Translations under genes and position numbers: made by a program
Shown: piece after piece, positions 35,492 to 41,297 of the stretch
Layout of the letters: each line of letters begins with the position of its first letter
Position numbering within the stretch: the stretch's first letter is position 1
Origin: a virus
Lineage: Duplodnaviria > Heunggongvirae > Uroviricota > Caudoviricetes
Strand: one strand, 5' to 3'
DNA: 41,297 nt
Virus record (IMG/VR): IMGVR_UViG_2897346870_000001
Location: 1 to 41,297 of that record
The notes under the pieces: generated by a model
Database searches by the model: none
What the model was told of the DNA's origin: nothing
Seen by the model: the letters and a program-made list of their open reading frames with translations, nothing else

Positions 35492-37894
35492 ATGACGGTC
35501 TCAACCGAAGTTGACCACAACGAATACACAGGTAACGGCGTTACGACATCGTTTCCGTATACTTTTCGAATTTTCAGAAAATCAGACCTGGTTGTTCAGG
35601 TGTCTGACCTGAACGGGAACGTAACAGAATTGGTTCTGGATGCCGGTTATACGGTAACTGGGGCGGGCACTTATAGTGGCGGTTCTGTGGTTCTTCCGTC
35701 TCCGCTTGCTACTGGATGGCGAATTACGATAGATCGTGTGCTTGATGTAGTACAGGAGACAGACCTTCGCAATCAGGGAAAGTTTTTTCCCGAAGTGCAT
35801 GAAGATGCCTTTGACTACCTGACGATGCTGATCCAGCAATGTTTTGGGTGGTTCAGACGTGCATTGATGAAACCATCTTTGCTTGCAAAATATTACGATG
35901 CAAAGCAAAACAGAATTTCTAACCTTGCAGATCCATCACTTGAGCAGGACGCTGTAAATAATCGCTCAATGCGTAATTATGTCGATGCTGCAATCGCCGG
36001 GGTTGTTGGTGGTTTTGGTTGGTTTATTCAGTATGGTTATGGGGCAGTATACCGAACGTTCCAGGATAAAATGAGGGAATCACTCACTCCTGAGGATTTT
36101 GGCGCTGTTGGAGGTGATGCTGATGATACCTTGGCACTGATCAATGCCTTTACTGCAGCAAAGGAAACTGGTCTAGATATTAAGCTTCGTCGTATATACA
36201 ACTGCTCAAGCGACATCTCAGTAACTAATTTTTATAGTGATGTTTTTGGCGTAAGCATGGCTACATGCGGAATAAAATTTGCTGCTGGATATGGTCTTAT
36301 CATTGATAACTCGGGTACGACTGTAGTAAGAAAACCTGTTGGTTTACGTAATTTCACGATAAAAGCTACCGGGCAACTTCAGGGTACTGCGCTTACGTTT
36401 TTAGGGGCAAGGGGAGTCGAATACGCCCGACAACTTATCGTTCGTGACCTGGATGTGTCAAATGATGCTGGTACTCAATCCTCTTTTGATACTGTCTTTA
36501 AGCTAAGCAGAGCTGGTCAGTGTGTATTTGACGGCGTTAACGTAACGGGTGGAGGAACATCTGTACCAGCATATCGAATGGGTAAAATATTCGACCTGCA
36601 CTCAACAAAGAATATCAATATTGTCAATGGTTCTTATCAGAACTTCGACACCTTCATGTACGCGCATGACGATACCGAAGGTGTTGTGGTTTTCGGTAAC
36701 CATATCATTGCTGGTCGCCGCGGAGTTGTTTCTGAAAACAATGTTGGTAACCTGTTCCAGGTTACAAATAACCACTTCAATACTTCCATAAGTGCTGTAG
36801 AGTTGGGTGATTTGTCTAACAACGGAGGAAACCATAGTGTAATTACAGATAACTTTTGTATGGTATGGAATGGTATTCCTGAGGATTTAACCACACCTTA
36901 TATCGGTTTTAAATCATGTGCTCAGTACGGTACGTTCACTAATAATGAGGTGTTATTGACAGGCTTCAGTAAGGACACTACGCATACTCTCCTGACAGGA
37001 AATACCGCTGGCACTAGATTTGCTGCTAATAATACTATTAGTAACTCGCGTGTAAATAATTGCACAAGGGGTATTCAGTTAACTGCTGGTACTAATGCTA
37101 ACAATATTTCTAATATACAGCGAGTTGGTGTATCTCTTGCGAACGTTATTATAGATGGTGGTTCAAACAACAGATACTGGATATTTGATACGGATACTAA
37201 TGCGTTCACAACTAAAGCTATTAAGCTATGTAACCCTGGTGTTGCAGAAGCACAGCAGATTCGCTTTTATTCATCGACGGACTCATCTGTCCCTACAGGG
37301 ATTTTACGTGTCTCTGGTGGAGATCCCGGCGTTACGGGTTCTGGTACAGCAGAAATGACGTCGCACGTATTTGCTGTGAAGCAAATACGTCCTGCCACGG
37401 CAAATACCTATCCTTGCGGGGCAAGTTCGTTTCCGTGGTCTGGTGGATTCACTCAAACGGCGTTCACTATCACGTCAGATGCCATTTGCAAATCAGACCC
37501 ATTACTAATGACTGATGCCATTCTCGATGCCGCAGAAGAGGTTCAGCTAGTCCAGTATAAGTATCTGGATAGGATTAAAGAAAAAGGCGCTGATGGCGCC
37601 CGCTGGCACTTCGGCGCCATTGCTCAACGGTACGTGGAGGCATTCGAAAGGCATGGTCTTGATGCTCATCGCTTTGGTTTCATCTGTTATGATGAATGGG
37701 GTGACACTCCTGCCGTCATAGATGATGAAACCGGTGAGGTAATCACTCCTGCTATAGAAGCTGGTTCCCGTTACGGCATTCGTTATGAAGAAATGTTGGT
37801 AATGGAAGCTGCAATGCAACGAAGGAACTACTCTCGATTACTTGATAAATATGAAGCGCTTCTCGCCAGGATAGAGTTGCTGGAGTCTGAATGA
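35492..37894 (+). CDS. Tailspike/tail fibre with beta-helix depolymerase-like centre and C-terminal intramolecular chaperone (S74-like) domain
   Basis: 800 aa; N-terminal particle-binding-type domain; central Asn/Thr/Gly-rich repeats typical of right-handed beta-helix; C-terminal ...ARWHFGAIAQRYVEAFERHGLDAHRFGFICYDEW... resembles autoproteolytic chaperone domains of endosialidase-type fibres. Confidence 0.75.
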   Translation: MTVSTEVDHNEYTGNGVTTSFPYTFRIFRKSDLVVQVSDLNGNVTELVLDAGYTVTGAGTYSGGSVVLPSPLATGWRITIDRVLDVVQETDLRNQGKFFPEVHEDAFDYLTMLIQQCFGWFRRALMKPSLLAKYYDAKQNRISNLADPSLEQDAVNNRSMRNYVDAAIAGVVGGFGWFIQYGYGAVYRTFQDKMRESLTPEDFGAVGGDADDTLALINAFTAAKETGLDIKLRRIYNCSSDISVTNFYSDVFGVSMATCGIKFAAGYGLIIDNSGTTVVRKPVGLRNFTIKATGQLQGTALTFLGARGVEYARQLIVRDLDVSNDAGTQSSFDTVFKLSRAGQCVFDGVNVTGGGTSVPAYRMGKIFDLHSTKNINIVNGSYQNFDTFMYAHDDTEGVVVFGNHIIAGRRGVVSENNVGNLFQVTNNHFNTSISAVELGDLSNNGGNHSVITDNFCMVWNGIPEDLTTPYIGFKSCAQYGTFTNNEVLLTGFSKDTTHTLLTGNTAGTRFAANNTISNSRVNNCTRGIQLTAGTNANNISNIQRVGVSLANVIIDGGSNNRYWIFDTDTNAFTTKAIKLCNPGVAEAQQIRFYSSTDSSVPTGILRVSGGDPGVTGSGTAEMTSHVFAVKQIRPATANTYPCGASSFPWSGGFTQTAFTITSDAICKSDPLLMTDAILDAAEEVQLVQYKYLDRIKEKGADGARWHFGAIAQRYVEAFERHGLDAHRFGFICYDEWGDTPAVIDDETGEVITPAIEAGSRYGIRYEEMLVMEAAMQRRNYSRLLDKYEALLARIELLESE

Positions 37895-37949
37895 AACCTT
37901 GGTCATTGACGTAGCCATCAATGAGCCTGTTTGCCACTTTGTCTAACTT

Positions 37950-37973
37950 CCTTTTCTCATAAGTGACCGCTTT
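37950..37973 (+). terminator. Hairpin after the tailspike (weak terminator)
   Basis: AAGTGACCG-CTTTGA-CGGTCACTT 9-bp stem; weak T-tract. Confidence 0.3.
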
Positions 37974-38030
37974 GACGGTCACTTAAATCTTATCCAACAA
38001 CTCCTGCAATATCAGTCAAAGCCAGCCAAT

Positions 38031-38056
38031 AGTTGACATCATCAGTTGACATCATC
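38031..38056 (+). repeat. Tandem direct repeat 2 x AGTTGACATCATC upstream of the lysis cassette
   Basis: Two exact 13-bp units each containing TTGACA; followed by a hairpin and an AT-rich region with inverted TGATAAACA / TGTTTATCA. Confidence 0.6.
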
Positions 38057-38207
38057 CACGCCCTTAAGGACGTGGTTTTACGGCACACTGGATAAAAATG
38101 ATAGAAAAATGCGCGAATAATCATAAAAATCACGAGTAATAATTATCCATAAATGGTTTATTGTGTATGATAAACATTTATTTAATGGAGTTGTTTATGT
38201 GAAATAA

Positions 38208-38624
38208 ATGGTGTTTATCATGTCAATTCAGACAACCAGTGATTCTTTGAATCAGTGGCTTAGCATGACTTCTCTGGCGGCGGTGATAGCAGGAGTTCCT
38301 CCCGAGGTTGCTTTGGGGGCTTTGGCTGGAGCGGTAATTTTTGTTACCTCTGCGGTAGAGTATCCCATTCGTCGTCGTGTACTCTTGTCGATGCTTAGCT
38401 TTCTCTGCGGCCTTCTTTTTTATAAACCAGCAGCATCAATTCTTATCGGCATAGCCAGCCTGATCCCTACTATCACGCAGGACTCTTTTGAAAAAGGGAT
38501 TGTTTTCTCTGCTGGCGCATTCGTGTCAGCAATTGTTGCTGTGCGTATTGGTATATGGCTCTACCACCGTTCCGATAATCCACGCGAGTTAATTCCGGGG
38601 AGAAAAGACGATGGTAACGCATGA
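38208..38624 (+). CDS. Holin
   Basis: Small protein with multiple hydrophobic transmembrane segments and charged C-terminus; first gene of the lysis cassette. Dual ATG starts at 38208 and 38220. Confidence 0.6.
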   Translation: MVFIMSIQTTSDSLNQWLSMTSLAAVIAGVPPEVALGALAGAVIFVTSAVEYPIRRRVLLSMLSFLCGLLFYKPAASILIGIASLIPTITQDSFEKGIVFSAGAFVSAIVAVRIGIWLYHRSDNPRELIPGRKDDGNA

Positions 38625-38919
38625 GTTTTTTTTGCTTATCACCAATGCAGTTATTTGTACTGGCATAGCAATTCGTGTTGTCACATTCCGGCGTAACGGA
38701 TCTCAACATCGAAGATGGGGGGGGTGGCTTGCTTATTTCCTGATTGTTGCTGCGGCCAGTATTCCGGTTCGTGTTGCCTATGCAATCTGGTTCCGCACGC
38801 CAATGGCTGTGGATTTATCTGAGGTCATTATCAACGCTGTCATGCTCGCTGCGGTTATTAAAACGCGCGGTAACGTCGTTCAAATTTTCAAAGTATCGAG
38901 GTCTAAACATGGAGATTAA
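38611..38919 (+). CDS. Second holin-like membrane protein
   Basis: 102 aa with 2-3 predicted transmembrane helices; overlaps the holin end and endolysin start; GGGGAG Shine-Dalgarno. Confidence 0.5.
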   Translation: MVTHEFFLLITNAVICTGIAIRVVTFRRNGSQHRRWGGWLAYFLIVAAASIPVRVAYAIWFRTPMAVDLSEVIINAVMLAAVIKTRGNVVQIFKVSRSKHGD

Positions 38920-39538
38920 ACAATTCCAGCGAGCTGCTGGTATTAGCGAGGCGCTGGCCGCACGCTGGTTCTCGCATATAACTTCTGCGATGAAAGAGTT
39001 TGGTATCAGCAAACCAGAAGATCAGGCAATGTTTATTGCTCAGGTCGGGCATGAGTCTGGAGGTTTCACCCGGTTGCAGGAAAATTTCAACTACAGCGTC
39101 AGCGGACTGGCTAACTTTGTTCGGGCTGGGCGTCTCACTCAGGGACAGGCCAACGCACTGGGTCGCCGTGCTGGTGAACCGCCATTACCACTCGAGCGCC
39201 AGCGTGCGATCGCAAATTTGGTGTACAGCAAACGCATGGGGAACAATGCCCCCGGCGATGGCTGGAATTACCGGGGTCGCGGACTTATCCAGATTACCGG
39301 TTTGAATAACTATCGTGATTGCGGAAACGGCCTGAAAGTGGACCTGCTGGAGAATCCTGAACTGTTGGCGCAGGACGAATACGCGGCTCGTAGCGCGGCG
39401 TGGTTCTTCTCCAGCAAAGGCTGCATGAAGTATACCGGAGATATTGCACGTGTAACTCTGCTTATCAATGGTGGCCGGAACGGCATTGATGACCGGAGCG
39501 CGCGATACATCACTGCCAGTAAGGTGCTGGCGGTATGA
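38909..39538 (+). CDS. Endolysin, glycoside hydrolase family 19 type
   Basis: GH19 signatures [13 protein letters not shown] and [16 protein letters not shown]; start set at the internal ATG (MEIKQFQ) with GAGG Shine-Dalgarno rather than the track start 38744. Confidence 0.8.
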   Translation: MEIKQFQRAAGISEALAARWFSHITSAMKEFGISKPEDQAMFIAQVGHESGGFTRLQENFNYSVSGLANFVRAGRLTQGQANALGRRAGEPPLPLERQRAIANLVYSKRMGNNAPGDGWNYRGRGLIQITGLNNYRDCGNGLKVDLLENPELLAQDEYAARSAAWFFSSKGCMKYTGDIARVTLLINGGRNGIDDRSARYITASKVLAV

Positions 39539-40032
39539 TCTGGGCATTCGCAAAAGCATACTGGAAACAGTTGGTTATCATGGCGATGCTTGCTGTTCTG
39601 GTCATATCAGGAGTTGTAGCCTGGAATGCACACGGTAGTCGTCAGTACGACGCCGGGTATGCACAGGCACAGGAAGATCAGAAACAGGCTGATGATAAGG
39701 CCAGGTCACAACGTGATCAGGAGAAAACACAAATTGAACGTGAAGCACAATCCCGTATCGATGTGGCGCGTGTTGATGCTGAGCATGCTAATGCCGCTGC
39801 TGACAGCCTGCGCGCCGAGCTTGACAAAACCAAGCGACTCGCCGAACACTATACCGGATCTTTCCCCACTGGCACGTCAGCCAGCAAGGTCATCGGTGTG
39901 CTCGCCGACATGCTTGAAGAAAGCAACCGAGTTTACAACGCAACAGCAGCTGAGGCTGAAAAGTATCGGATTGCAGGAGAATCCTGCGAACAGCAATACG
40001 ATTCACTGAAGAAACAAAAATCGTGGCACTGA
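39535..40032 (+). CDS. i-spanin (Rz-like)
   Basis: N-terminal transmembrane helix, coiled-coil periplasmic domain; ATGA overlap with the endolysin stop. Confidence 0.7.
   Translation: MIWAFAKAYWKQLVIMAMLAVLVISGVVAWNAHGSRQYDAGYAQAQEDQKQADDKARSQRDQEKTQIEREAQSRIDVARVDAEHANAAADSLRAELDKTKRLAEHYTGSFPTGTSASKVIGVLADMLEESNRVYNATAAEAEKYRIAGESCEQQYDSLKKQKSWH
39761..40009 (+). CDS. o-spanin (Rz1-like lipoprotein) nested in the +1 frame of the i-spanin gene
   Basis: [17 protein letters not shown] signal peptide with lipobox LTAC, then a Pro-rich mature region; wholly embedded in the Rz-like gene. Confidence 0.55.
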   Translation: MWRVLMLSMLMPLLTACAPSLTKPSDSPNTIPDLSPLARQPARSSVCSPTCLKKATEFTTQQQLRLKSIGLQENPANSNTIH

Positions 40033-40162
40033 TTTCCGGTGACGGTATATAAAACGGTACGGCGAAAATCAGGTTGCAGAAAGTTGTTATCAGTCAATTG
40101 GTTATGTGTGTCGTAAATAATTGAGTGGGAATGATTTGACCCTGCACTATGAATGAACAAAA

Positions 40163-40189
40163 CCCTCTGTTACTACAGAGGGTTTTTTA
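40163..40189. terminator. Bidirectional rho-independent terminator at the right end of the lysis cassette
   Basis: CCCTCTG-TTACTA-CAGAGGG hairpin flanked by AAAA upstream and TTTTTTAT downstream. Confidence 0.75.
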
Positions 40190-40226
40190 TCTTCAAGAAT
40201 TATAGGATTGAAGTTACTAACATCGA

Positions 40227-40766
40227 TTAATTAAACCAGCTGTCCGATTTGTTCTCTTCTGCTTTGCCCACGCTTTTCATCAGATCGCGACCGCCTTCAG
40301 TCATATTTCTGTTGGCGTCAGCTTCAGATTGCACCACATCGGTTTGCGCAGCTTTGTGCTTCAGTTCCTGATCGATAAATTCGTTTTCTCGCTTAACGCG
40401 GGCTTCTTCTTTCGCCAGCGCCAGTTTTTGTTTCTGAATCTCTAAGCTGCGTAGCTCATCTTCATAACTTTGATCGCGTTTTTTGTCCGCAGAGGCTTCG
40501 GCGTCCAGTTTATCCTGACGAGCTTTCTTATTTGCCGCTGCCGTTGCCGCTCTTTTGTTAGCGGCGGCCTGGGCATTTGCGCGACGTTGCTTCTCTTGCT
40601 GGATTTCCCTGTTGCGCTCCGCGACCCATTCGTCATGCTGCCTTTGCTCTTCATTTTTACCTTGCTGTTCCGCTTCTGCGACAGCAGAGAGTTGATCCTG
40701 CAATGATGAGGCGATAGCCGGATAGCTTAAGGAGGCTAAGATGGCGCAAAGAAAAACTTTCTTCAT
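40227..40766 (-). CDS. Periplasmic coiled-coil protein with signal peptide (flanking or cargo gene)
   Basis: MKKVFLCAILASLSYPAIA signal peptide then a highly charged Lys/Glu/Ala/Gln-rich helical region. Confidence 0.5.
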   Translation of the reverse strand: MKKVFLCAILASLSYPAIASSLQDQLSAVAEAEQQGKNEEQRQHDEWVAERNREIQQEKQRRANAQAAANKRAATAAANKKARQDKLDAEASADKKRDQSYEDELRSLEIQKQKLALAKEEARVKRENEFIDQELKHKAAQTDVVQSEADANRNMTEGGRDLMKSVGKAEENKSDSWFN

Positions 40767-40781
40767 GACTCCTCCTGATTA

Positions 40782-41297
40782 TTAGCTCTTTTCAGGACAT
40801 TTGGTATTTGGCTGAATACGCGTTTCGTTATACGTCGTGGTAATAACAACGGCTAAACCTGTCGTAAACTGGCACTCTTTACCCACCTGGGTAGAGGTAT
40901 ACACTTTGGTGCCTTCCTTATAGGTTAAAGAAACACCTTCCACTAAGGTTTTATCATTCACCATAGAACCCGCTGCCGCGCCTACAGCTCCGCCGCCAAC
41001 TGCACCTGCCGTCGTTCCGGAATTGCTGCCAGACCCGACGTTGTGGCCGATAACACCGCCAGCGACTGCGCCAATAAGCGCGCCGAAGGCTTGTGCGTTC
41101 CGTTTATTTTGGGAGTTGTCTACGGCAACTTTTGCGGGAAGAATGGAAATAATATTAACGGTTTTAGTTTCTTGTTTGGTATTCAGTTGATCGGTTTGAT
41201 AAACATCGGCAGCATGATCGTCAGCATTTGACTGGCATCCTGCCAGAGTGAATGACGCTAACATTGCCACAGGCAGAAGACATTTTTTAAATTTCAT
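40782..41297 (-). CDS. Glycine-zipper outer-membrane lipoprotein (flanking gene)
   Basis: Lipobox LAGC after the signal peptide, then glycine-zipper segment GALIGAVAGGVIGHNVGSG; start codon is the last three bases of the window. Confidence 0.6.
   Translation of the reverse strand: MKFKKCLLPVAMLASFTLAGCQSNADDHAADVYQTDQLNTKQETKTVNIISILPAKVAVDNSQNKRNAQAFGALIGAVAGGVIGHNVGSGSNSGTTAGAVGGGAVGAAAGSMVNDKTLVEGVSLTYKEGTKVYTSTQVGKECQFTTGLAVVITTTYNETRIQPNTKCPEKS

Noticed and set aside
38100-38160. Fur-box-like AT-rich hexamers (AATAATCATAAAAATCA ... TAATAATTATC) upstream of the holin
   Set aside because: Similarity to the Fur consensus is partial and the region is generally AT-rich; not distinguishable from chance by eye.
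1-41297. CRISPR array, rRNA genes or insertion-sequence transposase
   Set aside because: No array of short, regularly spaced direct repeats, no rRNA-like conserved stretches, and no transposase-like ORF with terminal inverted repeats were seen; the only mobile signature is the prophage itself.

Overview
The window is essentially one temperate prophage of about 40 kb, with mosaic architecture, followed by two envelope-protein genes at the right flank. From left to right: a P4-type tyrosine integrase (starting at base 1); a leftward early operon (MT-A70 adenine methyltransferase, AlpA-like regulator, RecT-like annealase plus PD-(D/E)XK exonuclease); an immunity region (tandem-HTH repressor with no autocleavage domain, three-site operator, divergent Cro-like gene, tR1-like terminator); a replication module (O-like initiator with internal iterons, lambda P-like helicase loader); nin-like small genes; small and large terminase; a leftward accessory cassette carrying a phage tRNA-Arg(UCU) and a DUF2829 (Tad2-like) gene; a podovirus/T7-like structural and ejection module (portal, scaffold, capsid, gp11/gp12-like tail tube proteins, internal virion proteins including one with a lytic transglycosylase domain); a moron region with an AT-rich secreted protein and two inverted BRO-N antirepressor genes flanking a YafO-like toxin module; a tailspike with beta-helix and C-terminal chaperone domain; and a lysis cassette (holins, GH19 endolysin, nested spanins). 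The most striking noncoding signals are a 15-bp palindrome TTACCT-N3-AGGTAA recurring at about 13 promoter-proximal positions, a 12-bp perfect palindrome GTGACATGTCAC present three times next to terminators, nested inverted repeats around the antirepressor genes, and conserved hairpins in the antirepressor 5' leaders. All protein family calls rest on motif recognition by eye from the translations; no database search was run.
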